Origin: Blastocatellia bacterium
GTDB lineage: Bacteria; Acidobacteriota; Blastocatellia; RBC074
DNA length: 64,000 nt
NCBI GenBank assembly: GCA_035429885.1
Contig: DAOMFR010000019.1
Location: 67 to 64,066, forward strand
Direction: 5' to 3'
The notes below the pieces were generated by a model. The model worked only from the letters and a program-made list of their open reading frames with translations, did not search any database and had not been told where the DNA came from. A program made the position numbers and the translations under genes. The stretch's first letter is position 1, and each line of letters starts with the position of its first letter. Positions 19,013 through 28,405 of the stretch are shown one piece after another.

Positions 19013-21745
19013 ATGCTCTTTCTCAAGACAGGGCGGCTGACTGTCTGGCTGTCCTGCTTTTTTGCTCTTACGATGTTGGCGCTGAGTGCCAGAGCCCAAT
19101 CCGGCTACGAGGTGGCTGGCGCTGTGAAAGACAGCTCTGGAGCCGCGGTCAATCAAGCCACGGTCAGTCTGTTGAATTCTCGTCAATCGGCAGTGGCTTC
19201 GACGAGCACCGATGCGCAAGGTCAATTCACGCTTCGGAATGTTCCCGCCGGAAGTTACGAATTGCTGGTCAGCGGCAAAGGATTTCAACGCCGCAGCCGC
19301 GCCGTTTCGTTGCCACGCGATGCGGGTTCGCCAGTCGAGATTCAACTCGGCCTGGATTCGCTGACTGCCGAAGTCACCATCACGGCGGAAATCGGATCGG
19401 TGCAATCGCTGGACGAAACCACGCAACAGGTCAACGTCATTGACGAACGCAAAATCGGGCAACGCGCCACTTCTGTGCTGGCGCAAGTCGCGCAGGAAGA
19501 ACCGGGATTGCAACTGCAACGCACCAGCGCCACCATCGGCGCAATTTTTGTGCGTGGCGTGACCGGCGCAAAAGTGGTCAATTACGTAGACGGAATCCGC
19601 TATTCCAATTCTGCTGCGCGCGGCGGAGTCAATTCGTTTTTCAACCTGAACGACGCCAGCAATCTGCGCGCAGTCGAAGTGATTCGCGGACCCAACAGTG
19701 CGCAATTTGGCAGCGATTCCATCGGCGGCAGCGTCAATCTGATTTCTCAGCCGCCGCTGTACACCAATGGCGGGCTGGAAGTTCACGGCAAAATCTCCAC
19801 ACATTACAACAGCGCCGATCACGGTTTTGGCGGCAACACCTTGTTGACCTTTGGCGGCAAGGATTTGTCCGTGCTGGTGAACTTGCCGTTTCATCGCAGC
19901 AGCACGCTGCGTCCCGGCGGCGGGTATGACACACACGCCGCGGTCAATCGCTTTTTGGGATTGCGTTCGGATGTGCTCGACGGTGAACGTTCGACGGACA
20001 CGGCCTTCACGCAATACGGCGGATTGTTCAAGCTGAGCTATAAACTGACGCCGAACGACCAGCTTTCGGTGCATTACCAACGCGGACAAATTGATGGAGG
20101 CAAGCGCTTCGATCAAACGCTGGGCGGCGACGGCAACCTGATTGCCGACCTGCGCAATTTTATGCTCGATTTCTTTTATGGACGGTATGAACGATTCAAT
20201 GCCGGGCCGTTTGATGCCTTGTCGGTTTCGTATTCGTACAACGCTCAGCGCGAAGAGCGTGTGAATCAAGGAGGGAACGGAAATCCGACCGGCACGATTA
20301 CTCACCAATACGAACGCACTGTCGTTCACGGCGGACAAGCGCAAGCCGCCAAAGATTGGTCGCGCAATCATCTAGTCATCGGCGGTGAGTTTTATTTTGA
20401 CCGCGTTCGCACCCCATCGTTTGTCTTCAACCCGGCAAACGGAGCCGTGACGTTGGCTCGCCCACGCATTCCAGACGACGCCACATACAAAAACGGCGGC
20501 ATCTACGTTCAGGATGTCGTGACAGTGATTCCCAATCGGTTGCGACTGATCGGCGCGTTGCGGTACGGGCGCGCGTCGTATGAATCGCTGGCTTCAAACA
20601 GCCCGCTGGTGGGTGGCGCTCCGTTGTGGCCGAACGACAGTTTGACGGCGGATGCCGTGACGCCGCGAGTTGGCGCCGTGCTGACCATTGTCGAAGGGCT
20701 GAACATTTCCGCCCAGGTCAGCCGTGGATTTCGCACTCCGCACATCACCGATTTGGGAACAGTCGGACTGACCGGCAACGGATTTGAAGCCAACGCGGTT
20801 GATCTGGCGGGCAAAGGCGCAACGCTTGGTTCGACCGCTTCCAGCGCGGCAGTTTCGACGGGAATTCCGGTGGCTCAACTGAAGCCGGAAACCAGTTGGA
20901 CTTACGAAGGAGGCATTCATTTGCACCGCAGCCGTGTGGACGTTGATGTCAATGGATTCGTCAACGACATTTACGACAACATCGTGTTGCAATCGTTGAT
21001 TTTGCCGCAGGGAGCCGTCGGGTCGCAGTTGGGCGATCAACGCATCAGTTCGCAAAATGCCGCTGGCGTCGTCTTCGTTCCGGCGTCCACCAATCCGGTG
21101 TTGATCCGGTCGAACTTTGGCGATTCGCGCATTTACGGCATCGAACAGAAATTTGATTTGCGCATTTCGCGCAGTTGGACGTTCGGCCAGAACTTCACTT
21201 ACCTGCACGCGGAAGACAAATTGACGAAATTGCCGCCGACCATCGAAGGTGGAACGCCTGCGCCGCAAGGTTCATTGCGTGTGCGGTATGAAACTGCTGG
21301 CAGCCGGTTCTGGATCGAACCGTATTTGTACGGCGCCCGGAAACAGGATCGGTTGTCAACGCTGGATTTGGATGATCGCCGCACAGGCGCATCCCGTTCG
21401 CGCGGAGCAATTGCCAACTTTTTCAATCGTGGAGCATTCGCGCGCGGTTTGATCGCGGCAGGGAATGATGGACGATTTGGCACGGCGGATGACATTTTGA
21501 AACCGACCGGCGAAACCCTGTCGCAGGTGCAAACTCGCGTGCTGGGCACTGCGGCGAGCGCTCCGTTGTACACCTACATTCCGGGATTTTTGACGGGAGG
21601 AATTCGCGGAGGATTCCGCGTCGGAGAAAGTCACGAAGTTATGCTCGACTTTTCCAACATCAACGATAAGAACTATCGCGGCATCAGTTGGGGAACCGAT
21701 GCGCCGGGACGAAGCTTGGGATTCCGGTACAACTATCGGTTCTAA
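19013..21745 (+). CDS. TonB-dependent receptor with N-terminal carboxypeptidase-regulatory-like domain
   Basis: 910-aa ORF with a signal peptide and a CarboxypepD_reg-like start (YEVAGAVKDSSGAAVNQATVSLLN...GQFTLRNVPAGSYELLVSGKGF). Plug motifs are present (VIRGPNSAQFGSDSIGGSVNLI) and the beta-barrel ends in an aromatic residue (YNYRF). An AAGGAG RBS lies upstream. Confidence 0.9.
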   Translation: MLFLKTGRLTVWLSCFFALTMLALSARAQSGYEVAGAVKDSSGAAVNQATVSLLNSRQSAVASTSTDAQGQFTLRNVPAGSYELLVSGKGFQRRSRAVSLPRDAGSPVEIQLGLDSLTAEVTITAEIGSVQSLDETTQQVNVIDERKIGQRATSVLAQVAQEEPGLQLQRTSATIGAIFVRGVTGAKVVNYVDGIRYSNSAARGGVNSFFNLNDASNLRAVEVIRGPNSAQFGSDSIGGSVNLISQPPLYTNGGLEVHGKISTHYNSADHGFGGNTLLTFGGKDLSVLVNLPFHRSSTLRPGGGYDTHAAVNRFLGLRSDVLDGERSTDTAFTQYGGLFKLSYKLTPNDQLSVHYQRGQIDGGKRFDQTLGGDGNLIADLRNFMLDFFYGRYERFNAGPFDALSVSYSYNAQREERVNQGGNGNPTGTITHQYERTVVHGGQAQAAKDWSRNHLVIGGEFYFDRVRTPSFVFNPANGAVTLARPRIPDDATYKNGGIYVQDVVTVIPNRLRLIGALRYGRASYESLASNSPLVGGAPLWPNDSLTADAVTPRVGAVLTIVEGLNISAQVSRGFRTPHITDLGTVGLTGNGFEANAVDLAGKGATLGSTASSAAVSTGIPVAQLKPETSWTYEGGIHLHRSRVDVDVNGFVNDIYDNIVLQSLILPQGAVGSQLGDQRISSQNAAGVVFVPASTNPVLIRSNFGDSRIYGIEQKFDLRISRSWTFGQNFTYLHAEDKLTKLPPTIEGGTPAPQGSLRVRYETAGSRFWIEPYLYGARKQDRLSTLDLDDRRTGASRSRGAIANFFNRGAFARGLIAAGNDGRFGTADDILKPTGETLSQVQTRVLGTAASAPLYTYIPGFLTGGIRGGFRVGESHEVMLDFSNINDKNYRGISWGTDAPGRSLGFRYNYRF

Positions 21746-21750
21746 ATCAC

Positions 21751-21836
21751 TTTAGGCAGGAACGGCAGCATTGGGAGGTAGGCTGGAGTCCCCACACTCC
21801 AACCTATCCTCTGCAATCCTGTCAGTCCTGCCTAAA
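21751..21836. repeat. Long imperfect palindrome (~86 bp) between convergent genes; possible terminator for the + strand gene
   Basis: The outer arms are perfect: TTTAGGCAGGA (21751-21761) and TCCTGCCTAAA (21826-21836). The inner arms are imperfect (GAGGTAGGCTGGAGT and ACTCCAACCTATCCTC). On the + strand it is followed by CCCGTTTTCTT. Confidence 0.7.
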
Positions 21837-21845
21837 CCCGTTTTC

Positions 21846-23297
<1,452 letters not shown>

Positions 23298-23302
23298 AGC
23301 AA

Positions 23303-24076
23303 TTACTCCAATTCAAATTCAGCCACGACAGGCACGTGGTCAGAAGGTTGAGGCAATGCGCGGGGAGCTTTGTCCACCCAAACCGCAGTGCAAAGTTCGG
23401 AAAGCGGCTCTGTCGCCCACAGATGATCAATTCTGAGGCCCTTGTTTTTGGGAAACGCTCCGCCACGGTAATCCCACCAGGTGTACACGCCGGAATCGTC
23501 GTGATGCTGGCGGAACACGTCCACCAATCCCCAATCTTCAATTTTCTGCAACGCGGCGCGCTCGGCATCACTGCACAAAATTTGTCCCGCCCAAAGTTTG
23601 GGATCGTGAACATCGCGATCTTCTGGCGCGATGTTGAAATCCCCGCAGAGCACTACATCCTGTTTCGGATCGCAGCATTCATCAAAAAACTTTCGCAGGT
23701 TGCCGAGCCAATTCAGTTTGTAGCTGTATTTTTCCGAACCGACTTCGGACCCATTCGGGATGTAAACGTTGACGATTTTGACGCCGTTGATGGTTGTCGC
23801 CAGCAATCTGCGTTGTGGGTCTTCCGCGTCGCCTAAGAAGCCTTTTTGCACGTCGGACGGTTCGGCCAGGGAAAGTGTGGCGACGCCGTTGTAGGTTTGC
23901 TGGCCAAAGATTTCAGCTCGATAGCCGATTTCCCGAAAGGCGTCGGCAGGGAATTTGTCTTCCTTGCATTTGATTTCCTGCAAACACAGCGCGTCCGGGC
24001 GGTTGGATTTCAGCCAGTCCAGCACGTGGGGCAAGCGCACAGCAATTGAATTGATATTCCAGGTTGCAATTTTCAT
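23303..24076 (-). CDS. xth: Exodeoxyribonuclease III
   Basis: 257-aa ORF with the ExoIII/AP-endonuclease pattern ([40 protein letters not shown]). Confidence 0.92.
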   Translation of the reverse strand: MKIATWNINSIAVRLPHVLDWLKSNRPDALCLQEIKCKEDKFPADAFREIGYRAEIFGQQTYNGVATLSLAEPSDVQKGFLGDAEDPQRRLLATTINGVKIVNVYIPNGSEVGSEKYSYKLNWLGNLRKFFDECCDPKQDVVLCGDFNIAPEDRDVHDPKLWAGQILCSDAERAALQKIEDWGLVDVFRQHHDDSGVYTWWDYRGGAFPKNKGLRIDHLWATEPLSELCTAVWVDKAPRALPQPSDHVPVVAEFELE

Positions 24077-24165
24077 AAGCGTAAAAGAACGGCCTTGGTT
24101 GATTCGGCCACATTTGAACTTTACTCAATCCGCCGTCTGGCGAAAAGGCTCGATGGCCTGAATCC

Positions 24166-25851
24166 TTACCCGATTTTGATGCCGATGCTTTCCAGAAACT
24201 TGGTCGGTTTTTCTCCACCGATCAGCGCGAAAATGTAATCGTTCTGGAGTCTTGCTGTTTCTTCAGCGGTTTTCGGGTCGCGTTCGCGGGCGCTCATCAG
24301 AGCGACTTCAGTCGGCGTAACTTCTTTGATGGTTTGTCCGAAATACGCCGTGATTTTTCCTTCGTCAATGCAATCGTAGACCAGCATTTTGTTGCCGAGC
24401 TTTAAATCGCTTTTGAGATTGCTGCGGATAATCAGCGAGACCGTGTTGTCACGCCAACCAGTGATTTGCGTGCCGTCATCGGAACGATAGGCGGCCAGAT
24501 CCACGGCGGCTTCAATGGCGGAATTGCCTGCGCCGACAACCACGATGTGTTTGCCGCTGTAATCGTTCGGATCCGTCAGTTTGTATTTGACCTTGTCGTC
24601 TTCAAAGGCAGGGGTCTGTTTAACCTTGGGAATGTATTTCTGGCCGCAATTGTGACAGAAGCGGTTATCGCTCAATCGCTTTTCGCCGCATTTGTTACAG
24701 AACGCAGGCATGATCATTTCCGTGGCGGTGACTACAATCTTGGAATCTTCGCCGGGCACGCCCAATTTCATCGGAGTTCCGCGATTGCCGATGGCCAAAA
24801 TTACACGACGAACGCTGTACTGCATTTTGCGTTTGGTTTTGTCCTGATCGGTTTCGACGATGAAGCTGTCGCCCACAGGTTTGACGCTTTTGCAGCTCTC
24901 GTATTCGTTGATGGTCAGGCCGTTGGTGCGAATCGTTTCCATCCAGGAACCAATCATCACTTCTTTGGTGGCGCCTGCGCCGGACAAATTGATTCCGCCA
25001 TTGACGGGTTTTTCCACCGGATTGAAATACACATATTTGCCGGCTTGATAAGTTTGCTGGATGGTGCCGACGACTTGATCCTGTTCGATGGCGATGTATT
25101 TCAACCCGCGTTGTTTGGCCAGCGCTGTCGCGGACAAGCCCGCCGGGCCAATGCCAACGATGGCGACGTCGTAATCGCAATCGCCGTTTTTCCCTGCGTG
25201 CTTCAAATCTTCGACAATGCAATCAACCACTGCGCCGCCTTCGTTAATGGCATTTTTGATCAGTGGAACCCCGGACACATCTCCGATCAGGTACACGCCA
25301 GGCACGTTGGTCAGGAATTGCTGGTCGCGCTTGGGAACCTTGCGTTCGGGAATCTGTTTGGTGGTATTGATGACGATGCAGGATTTCGGCACGGTCGGGC
25401 ATTCGACCTGACAACTGGTGTCTTCGGTGCATTGTTCGATGGCAATCGGAGTGGCTTTGCCGTTGACGATGGCCAGCACGTCATGCGGGCAGGCATCCAC
25501 GCAAGCATGGCAGCCAATGCATGTCGCCGTGTTGATGACCGGGTGAGGATACGGCGGGCCGTCCGGATCAAGCGCCGCTCCGAGCGATTGCGGCACCACA
25601 ACGGTTTTGGCTTTTGTGTCCGAAGGTTGCATTTCCGCTTCGGCCATAGCTTCGATGACTCGCTTGCGTTCAAAAAACGTGTCTGTCGCGACCAACGCTA
25701 ATCCGACAACTCCCGCAAACAGAATCAATCCCAGCCAGCCCATCGGCGGCACGGCTCCGAAACTGACGGTAAAGCGCGAAACAAACGCAGCCACCAGCAC
25801 CCCTGCCAACAAAAACAATGTAATGACGAGTTGCGATCTTTTCATAGCCAA
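24166..25851 (-). CDS. Membrane-anchored 4Fe-4S ferredoxin / FAD-NAD(P)-binding oxidoreductase with an internal zinc ribbon
   Basis: 561-aa ORF with two N-terminal TM helices and a ferredoxin dicluster (CIGCHACVDACPHD, C..SCQVECP). It has two Rossmann GxGxxG motifs (VAIVGIGPAGLSA, IVVVGAGNSAIEA) and a CxxC-x10-CxxC insertion (FCNKCGEKRLSDNRFCHNCG, nt ~24640-24712). Confidence 0.8.
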   Translation of the reverse strand: MAMKRSQLVITLFLLAGVLVAAFVSRFTVSFGAVPPMGWLGLILFAGVVGLALVATDTFFERKRVIEAMAEAEMQPSDTKAKTVVVPQSLGAALDPDGPPYPHPVINTATCIGCHACVDACPHDVLAIVNGKATPIAIEQCTEDTSCQVECPTVPKSCIVINTTKQIPERKVPKRDQQFLTNVPGVYLIGDVSGVPLIKNAINEGGAVVDCIVEDLKHAGKNGDCDYDVAIVGIGPAGLSATALAKQRGLKYIAIEQDQVVGTIQQTYQAGKYVYFNPVEKPVNGGINLSGAGATKEVMIGSWMETIRTNGLTINEYESCKSVKPVGDSFIVETDQDKTKRKMQYSVRRVILAIGNRGTPMKLGVPGEDSKIVVTATEMIMPAFCNKCGEKRLSDNRFCHNCGQKYIPKVKQTPAFEDDKVKYKLTDPNDYSGKHIVVVGAGNSAIEAAVDLAAYRSDDGTQITGWRDNTVSLIIRSNLKSDLKLGNKMLVYDCIDEGKITAYFGQTIKEVTPTEVALMSARERDPKTAEETARLQNDYIFALIGGEKPTKFLESIGIKIG

Positions 25852-25860
25852 ACAAAATAA

Positions 25861-26763
25861 TTAGTTGAAAAACGGAAACAGGATTTTCAGCTCAGCCTTG
25901 TCCGGCCTGCGCCCGTATTCGCAGATTTCAAACGCTTCGGCGTATTGCACTTTTGCGGCGCGATCTTTGCCATACCAATCTTCCAGGTTTTTGCGGTATT
26001 TGTCGGCAACGTTTTTCTGGCGATCCACGAAGCGTTGGCGAACAACTGCCCAGCGTTCTTTCTGCTTCGCGGGGTCTGTTGTCAGCAACTCTTGGTAACC
26101 GTTCGCGCCGCCTTCATAAAACTGCGACACCATGCCGAGCAATCCATCCAGTTTCTTTTCCATCACGGAATCAACATCCACCACCACGTCGGCCTGAAAT
26201 GGATTCGGTTTTTCAAAGCGGTCGGAAAAATACATAAACACGGGATTGTTCGTCAGATGCGGAACGTCCGGCGCGTAATTCGGAACCGTGACCATGTACG
26301 CCGCGTCTTGCACCAAAACTCCGGCGTAACGGTGATCGGGATGATAATCGTTGGGACGGTGGCTAATGACGATATCGGCTTTCCATTGGCGGATCAGTTT
26401 GGTGATGGCTTTGCGATTTTCCAGCGTCGGCAGCAATTCGCCATCGTGGTTATCCAGAATTTCCACAGTCGTGCCTAGAATCTTGGCGGCGCGTTCGACT
26501 TCGACTTTGCGGCGTCGAGCCAGCGGGCCACCCGCTTCGCTAAAATGCCCAATGTCGCCATTAGTGACGGCAACCAGTTTGACAGCGTGGCCTTTGGCCG
26601 CCCACAACGCCGCCGTTCCCGAAACTCCAATTTCCGCATCATCCGGGTGTGCGCCGAAACAGATGATTCTCAGTTGACGTTGCGCGGAATTGGCGGGAAG
26701 CAGGCTGTAAGCAGTCGCCAACAGACAATAGGTGGCGAGTAATAAGCAAAGTTTGCGAATCAT
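25861..26763 (-). CDS. PIG-L/LmbE family N-acetylglucosaminyl deacetylase, secreted
   Basis: PIG-L motif (ICFGAHPDDAEIGVSGT, HRPNDYHPDHR). I place the start at the internal ATG at 26763 (MIRKLCLLLATYCLLA, signal-peptide-like) because GGAGAAAAACC precedes it. The ORF-track start at 26868 adds 35 unsupported residues. Confidence 0.85.
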   Translation of the reverse strand: MIRKLCLLLATYCLLATAYSLLPANSAQRQLRIICFGAHPDDAEIGVSGTAALWAAKGHAVKLVAVTNGDIGHFSEAGGPLARRRKVEVERAAKILGTTVEILDNHDGELLPTLENRKAITKLIRQWKADIVISHRPNDYHPDHRYAGVLVQDAAYMVTVPNYAPDVPHLTNNPVFMYFSDRFEKPNPFQADVVVDVDSVMEKKLDGLLGMVSQFYEGGANGYQELLTTDPAKQKERWAVVRQRFVDRQKNVADKYRKNLEDWYGKDRAAKVQYAEAFEICEYGRRPDKAELKILFPFFN

Positions 26764-26900
26764 GGTTTTTCTCCACGGAAAGTATCGGGGCCGAATCCAT
26801 TTGCCCCTGTTTTTCGAATCAATTGAGATCGGTCGTGCTTCCCACAAATCGTGGTTTACGACATTCAATCTCTCAGTCCCTGCATCCTGCTATTTCTTCA

Positions 26901-28391
26901 TCATTTTTCCATCCGCCGCAAACTGGCGCGGAGTTCTTTTTCTTCGCCGTGCTGGGCGTGGCAAGAGACGCATTTGGGGCCACCAGCTTGAGTATTAGTC
27001 ATGAATTGTCTGCCGCGATCAGCAAAGAAGGCTTTGGCACTTTCATTCTGGGCGTTGGCCGTAGCCGGATCGGTTCCGTGGCACGCCGCGCAGGATTCAC
27101 GCACGCCTTGAGTTAAGGCTGTGTCTTCAAACCCCGCCGTATGGCAATCGGTGCAATTGCTGCGACCTTGTTGCCGGCCTGCCAGATGAAGCAGATGGAA
27201 ACTGTCTTTCGTTTTGTATAGCGCCGGTGTTCCGGGAAGCTCTCTGCGCGACCATTCAGCTTGAGAAATGGAAAACACGATTTCCGACCAGCGGCCATTT
27301 ACGACAGGATAGCCAAATGAAGCTCCGCCGTGAGGGGATTTCAACTCTTTGCCAGCGAAACTATTGCCATCGCGATGGCATCCCGTGCAAGCGGTATTGG
27401 CGACCAAAGCCGGGCGAAAATCTCGTCCCAAATGTTCCGTGTGGCAAGCGGTGCAAGTCAGCCCAGCTTTCATGTGTTTGTCGGATACTTCTGAATGAAA
27501 CGCCGAAGTCGAGTGGCAGGACGCGCAGTTTTGATTGAGCGACGCTTTGACCGAATGACACGTTGTGCAAGCTGACGAAGCAGGAATTCGAGCGATTCCT
27601 GGCGAAATCGAAAAGTCCTTTCGGGCATGTGCTGCCGAGAGCGCGCCAGGGGAATAAGCATCCTTGAAGATAAAAATCGCGGCCACCGACAGAACCGTCA
27701 CGATCAGCGTTGCCCATCCAAACAACGCGCGTGGCCAGGGGCGTTGCAAATCGCGAGTTGGAACCCAATTGAACTGTGCTCTGCCCAGACGTTTTTTGAC
27801 CTTCGGTTTGAGCGGGGAATCCGTCGCCAGCTTTCCGTCTTCGCGTTTGCGCTTGTCCCAAAAGATTTTCAGCGCCTGGGCATCCACAGGCTTCAACATT
27901 CCAGTCAGCATTCCGGTGCCGGACAAACGCCGAGTGCCTTTGGGCGTGACTTTGTCGCGTTGCAACTTGGCCAGAATTCCCGGATCAATGCGCACGGTCT
28001 TGCCTTGATCCGGAGGCAACTGCATCCCGGTTCCGGTGCTTGGCGCGGACGCCTCAACGGGCAAAGGCTTGACGCTCATTTCCACGTCGATCATCAGCCC
28101 ATCGCCTACATATCGCGGGAACAAAAAGAACGGGCCAATCTGAACAACGTCGCCGTCAGCGATCGGCGTTTGATCCACCAATTCGCCATTCAGCGTCGTG
28201 CCATTGGCTTCCGACAAGTTGAAAATCCAGTAATCGCCATTGAGCTCTTTGATTCCTGCGTGAGTGCGCGACACCGACGGATGGTTCAACACCAGGTCGC
28301 TGCCCGCCAATCGGCCAATCGTCAGCCCTTCGCTTTCTACCAGCGCAGGATCAAGACTAAGGTCTTTTCGGATGATGACGAACTTGTTCAT
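26901..28391 (-). CDS. FHA domain - TM helix - heptahaem c-type cytochrome fusion protein
   Basis: 496-aa ORF with an N-terminal FHA domain (LTIGRLAGSDLVLNHPSVSRTHAGI...NGTTLNGELV...GDVVQIGPF). One TM helix follows (ALFGWATLIVTVLSVAAIFIF). Seven CxxCH motifs are present (CTTCH, CASCH, CTACH, CTGCH, CTDCH, CAACH, CVSCH). Confidence 0.88.
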   Translation of the reverse strand: MNKFVIIRKDLSLDPALVESEGLTIGRLAGSDLVLNHPSVSRTHAGIKELNGDYWIFNLSEANGTTLNGELVDQTPIADGDVVQIGPFFLFPRYVGDGLMIDVEMSVKPLPVEASAPSTGTGMQLPPDQGKTVRIDPGILAKLQRDKVTPKGTRRLSGTGMLTGMLKPVDAQALKIFWDKRKREDGKLATDSPLKPKVKKRLGRAQFNWVPTRDLQRPWPRALFGWATLIVTVLSVAAIFIFKDAYSPGALSAAHARKDFSISPGIARIPASSACTTCHSVKASLNQNCASCHSTSAFHSEVSDKHMKAGLTCTACHTEHLGRDFRPALVANTACTGCHRDGNSFAGKELKSPHGGASFGYPVVNGRWSEIVFSISQAEWSRRELPGTPALYKTKDSFHLLHLAGRQQGRSNCTDCHTAGFEDTALTQGVRESCAACHGTDPATANAQNESAKAFFADRGRQFMTNTQAGGPKCVSCHAQHGEEKELRASLRRMEK

Positions 28392-28405
28392 AAGTTGGTG
28401 GTCGG

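Noticed and set aside
18731-20371. 546-aa minus-strand ORF, and many similar long ORFs antisense to confident genes: 1483-2223, 3198-4064, 6852-7814, 10306-11178, 11421-12239, 12561-13265, 15048-15776, 20594-21268, 24466-25701, 27627-28424, 29561-30424, 31421-32317, 46091-46858, 50566-51366, 54837-56021, 60567-61391 and 61416-62486.
   Set aside because: Each lies entirely inside a longer opposite-strand ORF that carries clear family motifs. Their translations are Arg/Gly/Ala/Ser-rich with no motifs, which is typical of shadow ORFs in GC-rich DNA.
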